In this document: one piece after another, positions 31,553-41,309 of the stretch
Position numbering within the stretch: the first letter of the stretch is position 1
Layout of the letters: each line of letters begins with the position of its first letter
From: a bacterium
GTDB taxonomy: Bacteria; Actinomycetota; Coriobacteriia; Coriobacteriales; CADBOM01
NCBI GenBank assembly: GCA_024698685.1
Contig: JAILQZ010000012.1
Span: 1-61,456 of the forward strand
Length of the DNA: 61,456 nucleotides
Direction of reading: 5' to 3'
Notes under the pieces: generated by a model
What the model was told of the DNA's origin: nothing
The model's input: the letters and a program-made list of their open reading frames with translations, nothing else
The model's database searches: none
Position numbers and translations under genes: made by a program

Positions 31553-32101
31553 CTAGAATGCCGCGATGAGCTCCTCGTTGGTGTAGGCGTCAGCGCCGTA
31601 GCACTCCTTGAGGTATGCGAGTCCGCCCTCGTACTGCTCCGGGGTGAAGGAGTTCAGGCACTCCTTGGCCGCGACGACGTCATAGCCGAGGCAATACGCG
31701 TCTGCCGAGGTATGGCGGCAGCACATATGGCAATGCAGGCCGGTGATGACGACGGTCTCGACGCCGAGCTCGCGAAGGAGGATATCGAGGTTGGTCTGGA
31801 AGAAGCCGGAATAGCGGCGCTTCGGGACGACGTAGTCGGCATCGCAGAGGCCGAGCTCGGGGATGACCTCGGCGCCAGGGGTTCCGACGATTGCGTGGTC
31901 GCCCCAGAGGGCCAGCTCGCGGTCGATGTCCTTGATGTGCGCGTCATTGCAGAAGATGACCGGCACGCCCTTCTCGCGTGCTGCCGCGAGAAGCTGTGCG
32001 GTGGGCTCTACGATGGCGGTTGCGAAGGGGCCGCCGAGCGGTCCGGTCACGAAGTCGTTGAGCATGTCCACTACGAGGATCGCTGGTTTCTTAAGCTCCA
32101 T
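31553..32101 (-). CDS. Isochorismatase/nicotinamidase-family cysteine hydrolase
   Basis: VVDMLNDF (Asp), KRRYSGF (Lys), HMCCRHT (Cys). Confidence 0.9.
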   Translation of the reverse strand: MELKKPAILVVDMLNDFVTGPLGGPFATAIVEPTAQLLAAAREKGVPVIFCNDAHIKDIDRELALWGDHAIVGTPGAEVIPELGLCDADYVVPKRRYSGFFQTNLDILLRELGVETVVITGLHCHMCCRHTSADAYCLGYDVVAAKECLNSFTPEQYEGGLAYLKECYGADAYTNEELIAAF

Positions 32102-32170
32102 GGTTTTCTCCTTCTCTCGTTGCTTTCGATTCGGTTGATTCGTTCCAATAACAATTCTAATGCGTTTTGC

Positions 32171-32374
32171 CTATTTGTCTTCGAGTTGTACCTCGGTTTC
32201 CGCCATTTGTCCGATTACAAGCTCGTAGGGGATGAATACCTGGCCGCAATTCGGGCACGCGTCGACATCGTTGGAGAACGAGACGCCCATGTACTCGAAG
32301 TTGGAGGAGATCTTCTCGAGAGGCACGTTGCACTTGCAGCAGATCAGCTCTCGCTCAGGGATTGGGACACCCAT
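32171..32374 (-). CDS. Small CxxC..CPxC protein (DVU_1557-like, Mop-associated)
   Basis: MGVPIPERELICCKCNV..F.YMG..F..CPNCGQVFIP.EL..G.M.E.E..LEDK; AAGGAGG RBS. Confidence 0.8.
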   Translation of the reverse strand: MGVPIPERELICCKCNVPLEKISSNFEYMGVSFSNDVDACPNCGQVFIPYELVIGQMAETEVQLEDK

Positions 32375-34635
32375 TGCTTCCCCTCCTTGATATGCATGCG
32401 GTGGCAGTATGCGTCGAGAATCTCCCATGCGCTGCCTTGCGGCCTGTACTTGACCCAATAGGTCATGAACCCGATCTGCAGATGGCCGATGAAGCAATCC
32501 TCTTCGGGGTAGTAGAGCTTTTGGTTGTGAGCCTCGCAGTGCGCAAGCGTTTGCGCGATGTCGCTGATGTAGATCCAGCGGTCGCTGATGGTCTGGGCGA
32601 GCTCGTCGCCGATGATCAGCTCGAGATCGCCGGTTTGGGGCTTGGGCTCGGAGGCTTCGCGGCCCCAGACGTTCGCCTCGAGCTCGCGCTTGGTGGCGAA
32701 GCGGTTCTCCCTGCGCTGGGTTAGCAGGGGAGACGCTGCGGTGGAGGGGTTGAGGCCCAGCGCGATGTCGAGGATGTGCGCGCAGTCTCCGCAGCTCGCA
32801 TGCAGCGTGTTGCGGCAGTTCGTGCAGTAGGTGACGATCGTGCGGCCCTCGCCCATCCTCTCGACGGCGCGCTTCGCGACGCTGTTCGCCATCTTGTCGT
32901 TGGCGAGCCGGTATTGGCCGCCCCAGCCGCAGCAGGCGGCCTCTCCGAGCGCGTCGTTCTCGCACGCCACGCGCAGGCCAGCCTTCTCGACGAGCCTCCT
33001 TGCGCCCTCGCGCGATGCGCTGTCGAGCCTGGTGGAGCAGGGGTGGAAGAGGCTGACCTCCTCACTGGATGCGACGGTCTTGCCGAGGCCGGCTTCGATG
33101 GCTTCCGCGAACTCGGGCAGCTCGTAGAGAGAGACGACTTGCGCCTCGGGGATCGCCTCGGCCAGCTGGAAGATGCAGCTGGTGCATGCGCAGATCAGCT
33201 TTGGCCTGTCAAGCGACTCCCATTCCTCGCGCAGCCTGCGCTGATGAGCCGCCCTGCCCGCCACGTTGCCTGCCCAATACTCCGGTGCTCCGCAGCAGGT
33301 GAGCATCAGCGAGGTGCCCGGGAGCGCCTTGCGCAGCAGCTCGTAGGTCTTGGTGACGTAGCGTGGGTCGGAGGCGCCGAGCTGGCAGCCAGGGAAGAAC
33401 GCGAATTCGCCGGGCTCGCTGCCGGGGCTGTCGATGAGCTGCGCAGCCTGCGACGTGGCCTCGGCCATGTCGCGCAGCCAGAACTCGGAGTAGGCCACCG
33501 GCATCGTGCCCTCCTCGAACATCTGGGCGCGCGCATCCTCGAAGACGGCGCGCACGTCGACTCCGTAGGGGCAGATGTCCTTGCAGATGCCGCAGAAATC
33601 GCAGCTGGCTACCATGCGCGTTGCCAGGCGCGTGTTGGAGGCGGGGGCAACCGTGCTGCGCACCGTCTCGGCCATGCGGTCGGGGTACTTGCTGAACTCG
33701 GGGATCAGCGGGCATTGCTTCATGCAGATGTCGCAGTCGCAAAGGAGGCATCGCTGCGCCTCGGCGAGGGCCTCCTCCATCGTGTACGCATCGCCCGCAG
33801 GCTCGATGCGCGGAGTTTCGACGAGAAGCGCCGGGTCGGGCTTGTTCGACTTCTCGCGCGGGGGGAACGTCAGGTCGAGGGTGCTGCCGGTGTTGATGTA
33901 CATCTCCATCATGTTGGCGGCCTCGTTGCCGTGCCTGACCGCCTCGGCAGGCGTGGAGCCTATCAGCGAGCCGCCGAAGAAGACGTTTCCGTTGACCATG
34001 AGAGGGGAGCGCCTGATGGCGCGCTCGAGCAGACCGAAGTCCTCGCCGCCGGCGCCGGTGGCCACGTAGATCGTCTGCGCATCGATCTCGCGCAGCTCCT
34101 CGAGCGTGGTTATGGGCGTCGAGAGCCTGAGCTCATAGCTCCTATGCTTGAACTGGTGCTCGATTTCGGAAAGGTAGATCTCCTTGTCGAGCAGCTGGGC
34201 GAGCGATCCGCCGACTTCGTCGCGCGCCTCGTAGAGCGTCACGTTGTACTTGCGCTCGGCGAGCCTGATGGCGCACGCCAAGCCGCTCAGCCCCGCACCG
34301 ATGATGGCGATGCGATGCTCCTTGGCGGGGACGTTGAGCTTGATGGGGTCGGTGCGCTTGGCGCTGTCGATGATCGCGCGCTCGATGCCTCGAAGGTTGA
34401 GCGGCGCGTCGGTCGAGTTGCGCTCGCAGACGCGCTCGCACGGGGCATCGCAGATGTTGCAGATGATCTTGGGAAAGATGACCGCATCGCGCAGCAGGCG
34501 ATAGGCCGAGTCGATCTTGCCGCGCTTGAAGCGCGCTATCAGCGTCTTGATATCGAGGTTGAAGGGGCAGTGCGCGGAGCACGCCGGCGGCTGGCCATGC
34601 GTGCAGTCCGCAAGCATCTTGGCATAGTCCTTCAT
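32344..34635 (-). CDS. FAD/NAD-binding, 4Fe-4S dicluster and CCG-domain oxidoreductase (Mop-associated)
   Basis: GltD-like N-terminus, GAGLSG, two CxxCxxCxxxCP, FFPGCQL, TCCGAP, CCGWGG. Confidence 0.85.
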   Translation of the reverse strand: MKDYAKMLADCTHGQPPACSAHCPFNLDIKTLIARFKRGKIDSAYRLLRDAVIFPKIICNICDAPCERVCERNSTDAPLNLRGIERAIIDSAKRTDPIKLNVPAKEHRIAIIGAGLSGLACAIRLAERKYNVTLYEARDEVGGSLAQLLDKEIYLSEIEHQFKHRSYELRLSTPITTLEELREIDAQTIYVATGAGGEDFGLLERAIRRSPLMVNGNVFFGGSLIGSTPAEAVRHGNEAANMMEMYINTGSTLDLTFPPREKSNKPDPALLVETPRIEPAGDAYTMEEALAEAQRCLLCDCDICMKQCPLIPEFSKYPDRMAETVRSTVAPASNTRLATRMVASCDFCGICKDICPYGVDVRAVFEDARAQMFEEGTMPVAYSEFWLRDMAEATSQAAQLIDSPGSEPGEFAFFPGCQLGASDPRYVTKTYELLRKALPGTSLMLTCCGAPEYWAGNVAGRAAHQRRLREEWESLDRPKLICACTSCIFQLAEAIPEAQVVSLYELPEFAEAIEAGLGKTVASSEEVSLFHPCSTRLDSASREGARRLVEKAGLRVACENDALGEAACCGWGGQYRLANDKMANSVAKRAVERMGEGRTIVTYCTNCRNTLHASCGDCAHILDIALGLNPSTAASPLLTQRRENRFATKRELEANVWGREASEPKPQTGDLELIIGDELAQTISDRWIYISDIAQTLAHCEAHNQKLYYPEEDCFIGHLQIGFMTYWVKYRPQGSAWEILDAYCHRMHIKEGKQWVSQSLSES

Positions 34636-34687
34636 GCGCACCCTCGCTGTTCGCCGGCATTTCCTTCGACTTTCGATTATACAGCCG

Positions 34688-34722
34688 AAAAAGAGCTCCC
34701 CGGCCTACGCCTTGGGGAGCTC
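34688..34722 (-). terminator. Intrinsic terminator after Mop-2
   Basis: GAGCTCCCC..GGGGAGCTC TTTTT on minus strand, followed by TATAAT (34676-34681) for the next gene. Confidence 0.7.
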
Positions 34723-34749
34723 CTCTCGCTTGGGGCATGTGCGGCAACG

Positions 34750-37626
34750 CTACATCTGCAGCATCGGGCTTCCCATGAGAGCCACGGGGTTCTCGACGAT
34801 CTCCTCGACCTCATCCCAGAACTCGGAGCCCATGTAGTACTCCTCGGGCTCGGGGCACGGCTGGCCAGCGGCTATCGCGTCGAGGCCGGCCTTGACCTTG
34901 TCGGGCGTTGCGGGAATCTCGTGGATCCTGACGCCGCATGCGTCGTCGATCGCGTTGAGGACGGCGACATGGTCGGAGGACTGGAACATCTCGGAGCAGC
35001 CGGAGGAGCCGAACTCCGCGTTGCTGCGCTCGTTGTTGCAGAACATGATCTCGATGTCATCGGGGATCATCTCGCAGTCGGGGATGCCCGCGCCGATCAT
35101 GTTGCCGTGCTTCTTGACGTCGGAGTAGTCCTCGGAAAGCGCGAAGCCGATCGAGTGCGAGATTCCTCCGAAGCCCTGGCCCAGCACCGAGTTGAGGTTG
35201 CCGACCCTGCCGATGTCGCAGATCGCCTTCATGCCGAGGACCTTGACCTTGCCCGTAGCGGTGTCGACCTCGACCTCGGCCAGGTAGATGGCGTACATGT
35301 AGGTGGGGATCGGCGAGCCGTTGCCGTCGTTCGGGTCGAGCTCGACGAGCCCGTCGATGTGGGCTCCGTTGATCCAGGTGCCCTCGTATGCGGTGTCGAT
35401 GCCCTCGGCGACGCACTCGTCATAGGTGCGGAACGTGCCGTCGTCCTTCTTGAGTGCCTTCATCATGTCATTGGCTGCGAGCACTACCGCGTGCGAGTTC
35501 ATCATGTGCGAGCGCGAGCCGGCTGCAGGGCCGGAGTCGGGGCAGAACTTCGTATCGTTGGTGCGGATGACGACTTGATCGGGGGTGATGCCCATCTCCT
35601 TGAGCGCCTGCGCGACGACGAGCTGGTTGCCCGCGTCGGCACCCTGGCCCATCTCCTCCCAGGTGTTGTAGACCTCGACCTTGCCATCGGGGCGCAGCTC
35701 GAGGCGGGCGCCCGCCATATCTCCGCCACCGGTGGTGCAGTTGTATCCTCCGAGCGCCAGTCCTACGCCGCGACGCTTCTCCGGAGTGCTCTCGGCCTCG
35801 GCTCGAGCCTTGGCCTCCTTGTAGAAGGGTTCGATGCGCTCGAGCAGCTCGGGGGAGCTGATCTCGAAGTAGGGATAGTTCGTCGTCATGAGGTCGCCAT
35901 TGTGAGCGACGTTGATCTTGCGGAACCCGAGCGGGTCGATGCCCACCTTGCGAGCGAGCATGTCGACGATCGCCTCGCCGCAGGAGTACGCCTGCGGGGA
36001 GCCGAAGCCGCGGTAGGTGGTGCAGAACGCATGGTTCGTGGTGGCTCCGCGCACGAGTCCGGTGATGTTGGGGATCACGTAGTGGAATCCGTTGAACAGG
36101 GCGAAGCGCTGGAGGATGCTGGTGAGCACCATCGGGTAGGCTCCGCCGTCGACGCCGAAGTCGTACTTGAACGCGGTGATCTTGCCGCTCTCATCGCACG
36201 CCATGGTCGCGTTGCTGTAGCTGGCTGCGCGCTTGCCGCTGAAGTGCTGGAACTCCTCCCAGCTCAGGGAGAGCGAGATCGGGCGTCCGTCGAGCGCCAG
36301 CGATGCCACCGCAGCCAGAGCGAAGCCGTTGAGGCCCATGCCCCAGCCGAAGGTGCCGCCGGTTGGGTTCAAGACAACGCGGATCTTGTCAGGGGGCAGG
36401 CCGATAGCCTGCGAGATCGCGAACTTGACCAGGTAGACGGCTTGCGCCTTGCAGTGGATCGTCAGCAGCCCGTCGGCGTCGACATAGGCCTGCATGACGT
36501 CGCCTTCGATCGACATGTGCGGCTCACGCGAGGTGGAGAAGCTGCTCGTGATGGAATAGGCGGAATCGTCGATGATCTCGTCGATGTTCTCGAAGTCGCC
36601 CTTGAAGACCGGCTGCACGATGAACTGGTTGGCATCGCCAGGATGGATGTCCATCGCGCCGGGAGCGACGGCCTCGACGTAGTTGTGGTACTCGGGGAGC
36701 TGCTCGAGCTCGACTTGGACCTTGGCGGCAGCGGCGCGCGCATGCTCCGGGGAGTCGGCCGCAACCATCGCGACGACGTCGCCGTAGCGGTAGATCGTCT
36801 CGCCGCAGAGGACGGGAGCGTTCAGGAACTTCTGCTTGTCGCGGGGATGGCGTGCGGGCATGCCGAGGTTGTTGGTGCCCTTGACATCGTCGGCCGTGAT
36901 CGCCTTGATGAAGCCGGGCATCTTCTCGGCTTCGGAGAAGTCGATCGAGAGGACCTTGGCATGATAGGCCTTGCGCGGCTGGACGATGGCGATGTAGATC
37001 GTCTCGTCGGGCATCTTCAGCGCGATGTCGTCGCCGTAGTCGCAAAGGCCGGTGACCTTGGCCAGCGCGTCGGGCCTCGGGATGGCCGAGCCGTAGAACT
37101 CGCCGTCCTCGGGCATCTTGTAGGTGATGTCGTCCATCGTCTTCTCGCCTCGCATGACCGCAGCGGCCTCCATGACGGCGTCGACGATCTGCTTGTAGCC
37201 GGTGCAGCGGCAGATGTTGCGGTGCTTCTTGAACCAGGCACGCACCTCCTCGCGCGTGGGCGAGGGGTTCTCAAGCAGCAGCTGGTAGGCCGAGACGATG
37301 AATCCAGGGGTGCAGAATCCGCACTGGACCGCTCCGCAGAAGATCCAGGCCTGTTGAAGCGGGTGAAGGTGCTGGGGCGTGCCGATGCCCTCGATCGTGG
37401 TGATCTCGCTGTACTCGGGCACCGCCTTGAGCTTGCGGGTGCAGGAGCGGATCACCTTGCCGTTGAGGATGACCGAGCAGGAGCCGCACATTCCGGTGCC
37501 GCATCCCACCTTGACGCCGGTCAGGCCCAGACGGCGCAGTGCCGTGGCTAGGGTGTCCTTCTCGAGGTCGACGATCATCATTCGGTCAACGCCGTTGACC
37601 TTTAGCCAGTATCTGTTGATTTGCAT
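34750..37626 (-). CDS. Molybdopterin-dependent aldehyde oxidoreductase (Mop family), paralog 2
   Basis: Same motifs as paralog 1 (YRGFG variant); colinear over full length. Confidence 0.93.
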   Translation of the reverse strand: MQINRYWLKVNGVDRMMIVDLEKDTLATALRRLGLTGVKVGCGTGMCGSCSVILNGKVIRSCTRKLKAVPEYSEITTIEGIGTPQHLHPLQQAWIFCGAVQCGFCTPGFIVSAYQLLLENPSPTREEVRAWFKKHRNICRCTGYKQIVDAVMEAAAVMRGEKTMDDITYKMPEDGEFYGSAIPRPDALAKVTGLCDYGDDIALKMPDETIYIAIVQPRKAYHAKVLSIDFSEAEKMPGFIKAITADDVKGTNNLGMPARHPRDKQKFLNAPVLCGETIYRYGDVVAMVAADSPEHARAAAAKVQVELEQLPEYHNYVEAVAPGAMDIHPGDANQFIVQPVFKGDFENIDEIIDDSAYSITSSFSTSREPHMSIEGDVMQAYVDADGLLTIHCKAQAVYLVKFAISQAIGLPPDKIRVVLNPTGGTFGWGMGLNGFALAAVASLALDGRPISLSLSWEEFQHFSGKRAASYSNATMACDESGKITAFKYDFGVDGGAYPMVLTSILQRFALFNGFHYVIPNITGLVRGATTNHAFCTTYRGFGSPQAYSCGEAIVDMLARKVGIDPLGFRKINVAHNGDLMTTNYPYFEISSPELLERIEPFYKEAKARAEAESTPEKRRGVGLALGGYNCTTGGGDMAGARLELRPDGKVEVYNTWEEMGQGADAGNQLVVAQALKEMGITPDQVVIRTNDTKFCPDSGPAAGSRSHMMNSHAVVLAANDMMKALKKDDGTFRTYDECVAEGIDTAYEGTWINGAHIDGLVELDPNDGNGSPIPTYMYAIYLAEVEVDTATGKVKVLGMKAICDIGRVGNLNSVLGQGFGGISHSIGFALSEDYSDVKKHGNMIGAGIPDCEMIPDDIEIMFCNNERSNAEFGSSGCSEMFQSSDHVAVLNAIDDACGVRIHEIPATPDKVKAGLDAIAAGQPCPEPEEYYMGSEFWDEVEEIVENPVALMGSPMLQM

Positions 37627-37831
37627 GTTTCTTCTCCCAAAAAAGTGACGCTATGAGCAAAAAAGCTGCTCGGTAGAAATTCACTCTAGCACAGCGCACA
37701 ATGGCGACCGCCAAGGATACGGCGAACTGCACGTCCGCACGTTTCCCTTTTTGGCGAATCCGAGCCATGAAGATGGTTTATAGTTTCAGCAGAGGAAAGC
37801 AAGCGCATAGAAAGCGGGAAGGAAGCCAGCT

Positions 37832-39841
37832 ATGAGCATCGAGAAGTACCCCCATCTTCTGTCGCCCCTGAAGGTGGGCAACGTGATATTCCGCAACCGC
37901 ATCTTCGCGGCCCCCAATGGCTGCCAATACCTCGACTACGGCAACCTGCCATCCGCAGCGGGTGCGGCCTTCTACGAGCGCAAGGCCATGGGTGGAGCGG
38001 CTGCAGTTGCGCTGGGAGAGTGCATCGTCGACTCCGCCACCGGTCAGGCCCACGCCTACCAGATCCTGCTCGACAACCCGCAGGCGTTGCCTCCGCTGGC
38101 CTCCGCGGCCACTGCGATCAACCGCCACGGCGCGATCTCCTGCATCCAGCTGCAGCATTGCGGAATGTTCTCGCATCTGGTCTACGAACGCGGCGGCCAG
38201 CTGCTGGGCCCAGTGGACATGGCGGTGCCGGACATGCACCATACCAACAACGACGGCCACGAGGTGGCCCGCGTATCCGTCGATGGCATGCGCCATGTGC
38301 GCGGGATGACGGAGGAGGAGATCGAGAAGCTCATCCGCGATTTCGGCAAGGCTGCGAAGCTGGTGAAGCAGGCGGGCTTCGGCATGGTGATGCTCCACGC
38401 CGGGCACGGCTGGGGCCTGGCGCAGTTCATCTCGCCCAACGTGAACACCCGCAACGACCGTTGGGGCGGCCCTGCTCTGGAGAACCGCATGCGGCTGCCG
38501 CTGGCGGTGATCGAGAGCGTGCGCAAGGCCGTCGGCCCAGGAGTCCCGATCGAGGTGCGCATCAGCGGCGCGGAGCGCATCGACACCGGCTACGACATCG
38601 ACGAGGGCATCGCCATCGCCAAGGCGCTCGACGGCAAGGCTGATATCATCCATGTCTCCGCTGGGCATCACGAGTCGCCCTACGCCACCACGATCACCCA
38701 TCCCGGCATGTTCCAGGAGGACGGCTGCAATGTGAAGTACGCGGCCGAGATCAAGAAGCACGTGCAGGCTCCCGTGGCCACTGTGGGCGCACTGACCGAC
38801 CCCGCCTTCTTGGAGGAGATCATCGCCTCTGGCAAGGCCGACATCGTGAGTCTGGGGCGTCAGATGCTGGCCGACCCCGACCTGCCCCTCAAGGCGCGCA
38901 TCGGCCGCGAAGACGACATCGATCGCTGCATGCGTTGCTGCGCCTGCTTCTCCAATAGCACGCGAACCCGCAGGCGAGCCTGCGCGATCAATCCCGAGAT
39001 CGGCCGCGAGCTGGAGGAGAGGTACGCCAAGCCGGCCGCCAACCTCAAGCGTGTGCTGGTGGTTGGAGGTGGAGTGGCCGGCATGGAGGCCGCTCTCACT
39101 GCAGCCAAGCGCGGCCACGAGGTCATCCTCTGCGAGGCCACCGGCCGTCTGGGCGGGGTTCTCAACTGCGAGGAGGCCGTGCCCTTCAAGGCGAGGCTGG
39201 CAGAGTACCTGCAGAGGCAGGCCCGTAGGGTGCAGGAGGCAGGCGTCGATGTGTGCCTGAACGCCCCGGTCACCCCTGGGTTGGCCAAAGAGCTTCAACC
39301 CGACGTCATCATCGCCGCTCTTGGAGCGCGCCCGGTCAAGCCCCCCATCCCGGGCATCGACGGCTCGAACGTCTTCGGCGCGGAGCACATCTACACCCGC
39401 CCGGAGGAGGCTGGCCAGCGCGTGGTTATACTCGGTGGCGGACTCGTCGGCATCGAGCTGGGCCTCTTTCTGGCCGACCTCGGTCGAAAGATCACGCTGG
39501 TGGAGATGCTGCCCGACTTCAATGACGGCGGCAACATGGTCCACATGAACAGCCTGCGCCTGCAGATCCCTGCGAAGGACCTCGACGTCCATCTCTCCAC
39601 GCGCGCGAAGGAGATCCGCCTCGATGGAGTGCTGGCAGAGTGCTCGGGAGAGGATGTTTTCTTCCCAGCGGACACCGTGGTCTACGCCGTGGGCCAGCGA
39701 CCCTTGAGCGAGGAGGCCCTGGCCCTCAACGACTGCGCCCCCGAGTTCTATGCGGTGGGCGATTGCCTTGGCGCTAGGAACATCCTCGCAGCCACCTCCG
39801 CGGCATACCAGGCAGCCTTGGATGCGGGGAGGCTCGCGTAG
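37832..39841 (+). CDS. NADH:flavin oxidoreductase (OYE barrel + 4Fe-4S + FAD; BaiCD/FadH-like)
   Basis: RNRI, QL.H.G, HAGHGW..QFISP..N.R.D.WGG..ENR, CMRCCAC..CAINP, GGGVAGMEAA. Confidence 0.92.
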   Translation: MSIEKYPHLLSPLKVGNVIFRNRIFAAPNGCQYLDYGNLPSAAGAAFYERKAMGGAAAVALGECIVDSATGQAHAYQILLDNPQALPPLASAATAINRHGAISCIQLQHCGMFSHLVYERGGQLLGPVDMAVPDMHHTNNDGHEVARVSVDGMRHVRGMTEEEIEKLIRDFGKAAKLVKQAGFGMVMLHAGHGWGLAQFISPNVNTRNDRWGGPALENRMRLPLAVIESVRKAVGPGVPIEVRISGAERIDTGYDIDEGIAIAKALDGKADIIHVSAGHHESPYATTITHPGMFQEDGCNVKYAAEIKKHVQAPVATVGALTDPAFLEEIIASGKADIVSLGRQMLADPDLPLKARIGREDDIDRCMRCCACFSNSTRTRRRACAINPEIGRELEERYAKPAANLKRVLVVGGGVAGMEAALTAAKRGHEVILCEATGRLGGVLNCEEAVPFKARLAEYLQRQARRVQEAGVDVCLNAPVTPGLAKELQPDVIIAALGARPVKPPIPGIDGSNVFGAEHIYTRPEEAGQRVVILGGGLVGIELGLFLADLGRKITLVEMLPDFNDGGNMVHMNSLRLQIPAKDLDVHLSTRAKEIRLDGVLAECSGEDVFFPADTVVYAVGQRPLSEEALALNDCAPEFYAVGDCLGARNILAATSAAYQAALDAGRLA

Positions 39842-39872
39842 GGTCAGCCCCATCGTTTGGCTGGAAATGAAG

Positions 39873-39911
39873 CGCCCCTTGCGGCCAAGCGGCTGCAAGG
39901 GGCGTCGTTTT
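39873..39911. terminator. Hairpin terminator between convergent genes
   Basis: CGCCCCTTGCGGCC-AAGC-GGCTGCAAGGGGCG then TCGTTTT. Confidence 0.65.
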
Positions 39912-39943
39912 GCATGTCGACCGGCTTGCGAGGGCAGCGCCGA

Positions 39944-41215
39944 CTACCTCATGCTGCGGAAGACCATGCCTGAGGGCAGCTTGGGATAGAAGAACGTCGC
40001 CTTCTGGGGCAGCACCTCGCCTTCGAGGGTGATGCTGCGGAGCTGGTCCATGCGAGTTGGGCGCAGGATGAAGACAACGTCGCTCCTGCCGTCCTCGAGG
40101 CGCGCGAGCAGGTCGGCCGCCTTGTCGGAGAAGGCGATGCGCTCGAGCGTCTTGACGTCGGCGGTGGATACGCCGAGCTGCGGCCAGATGACCAGCTCGT
40201 GCAGGATGGAGACGTCGAGCTCCTTCCACGCCATGCAGTGGTCGTTGGCGATGGCCTTGTCGAGGTCGACGTCGGGCTTGAGGGTGACGAGCTTGAGCGG
40301 CTGGCCGGCGAGGCCCATGAGGAAGCCCGGCCCATCGTAGGCGTTGAGGTCGTCGAGGCTGCCGTCGCGGATGTCGAAGTACTCCGAGATAGCCTCGCAG
40401 AAGGCGTTTGCGTCGAACTCGCTCTCAGCCTTGACTGCCCTGTGGTAGCCGAGAATGGCCAGCTGCGGGTCGTCCATGTTGGTCAGCGCGATCATCGTGC
40501 ATTCGGTCTTGCCGCCCCCCTCCTGCGCTGCGCGTGCGAAGTCGCGCAGCCTGAGGCCGACGGTGTACCTGTGGTGGCCGTCCGCGATGAAGATCTCCTC
40601 GCCGTCGAGCATCGCCACGGCGCGGGCGATGAAGTCGGGGTCGGTCATGACATGCAGCGTGCTGCGAACGCCCTTGGCATCGACCGCGGTTGCCGCGGGA
40701 GGCTGAGCCTTGGCCAGAGCGACGAGCTCGTCGTACTCGCTGGTTGCGTTCTGGTAGAGGCCGAAGACCTGGCTGTAGTTGACCCTCGAGGTGTTGATGA
40801 GGTTGAAGACGTTGTCGACGGTCTTGGGGAGCGTGTGCTCATGCGGCAGCACAACCCTCTCGTCGAAGGCGCAGAGCTTCATCTCGACGATGAAGCTGAT
40901 GCGGTTGTGGGAGACGCCGTCGATGTCGAACTCCTGCTCGAGGACGTAGATCGCCGGATCGGCCTCCTCCTTGACGACGCCCTCCTCGACCCACTTGGTC
41001 CAGGTGTTCTTCGAGCGCTGGAAGCTGCTGTTAGGGTCGTCGATGTCCATCGAGCCGTGCGCGAGCTCGAGCTCGACTACGCAATGCTCGTCGATGGCCG
41101 CGAGGGCGTCGCGCTCCTCGGTGGTCAGCACGTCGTATGGCGGGGCGCACAGCGTAGAGATGTCGGTCTCGTCGCTTGCATAGCGCCAACCCTTGAAAGC
41201 TGCAATCTGCACCAT
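39944..41215 (-). CDS. DUF1015 family protein
   Basis: APPYDV, PHEHT, IADGHHRY, PQKATFFYPK..SG. Confidence 0.92.
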   Translation of the reverse strand: MVQIAAFKGWRYASDETDISTLCAPPYDVLTTEERDALAAIDEHCVVELELAHGSMDIDDPNSSFQRSKNTWTKWVEEGVVKEEADPAIYVLEQEFDIDGVSHNRISFIVEMKLCAFDERVVLPHEHTLPKTVDNVFNLINTSRVNYSQVFGLYQNATSEYDELVALAKAQPPAATAVDAKGVRSTLHVMTDPDFIARAVAMLDGEEIFIADGHHRYTVGLRLRDFARAAQEGGGKTECTMIALTNMDDPQLAILGYHRAVKAESEFDANAFCEAISEYFDIRDGSLDDLNAYDGPGFLMGLAGQPLKLVTLKPDVDLDKAIANDHCMAWKELDVSILHELVIWPQLGVSTADVKTLERIAFSDKAADLLARLEDGRSDVVFILRPTRMDQLRSITLEGEVLPQKATFFYPKLPSGMVFRSMR

Positions 41216-41309
41216 GGCGTTTCCTTTCCCTTTGAAGCGAACGCGCCGTGTATCGCTATTGTTACGCGGCGCGTCCTCGAGTGCTTATACGTTCCTGCTC
41301 TAGTTAGAG

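Noticed and set aside
32776-37551. 1591-aa plus-strand ORF, and similar long antisense ORFs such as 1453-2808, 8024-9424 and 47858-49210
   Set aside because: They mirror real genes codon for codon; strong GC3 bias removes antisense stops, and they show no recognisable motifs.
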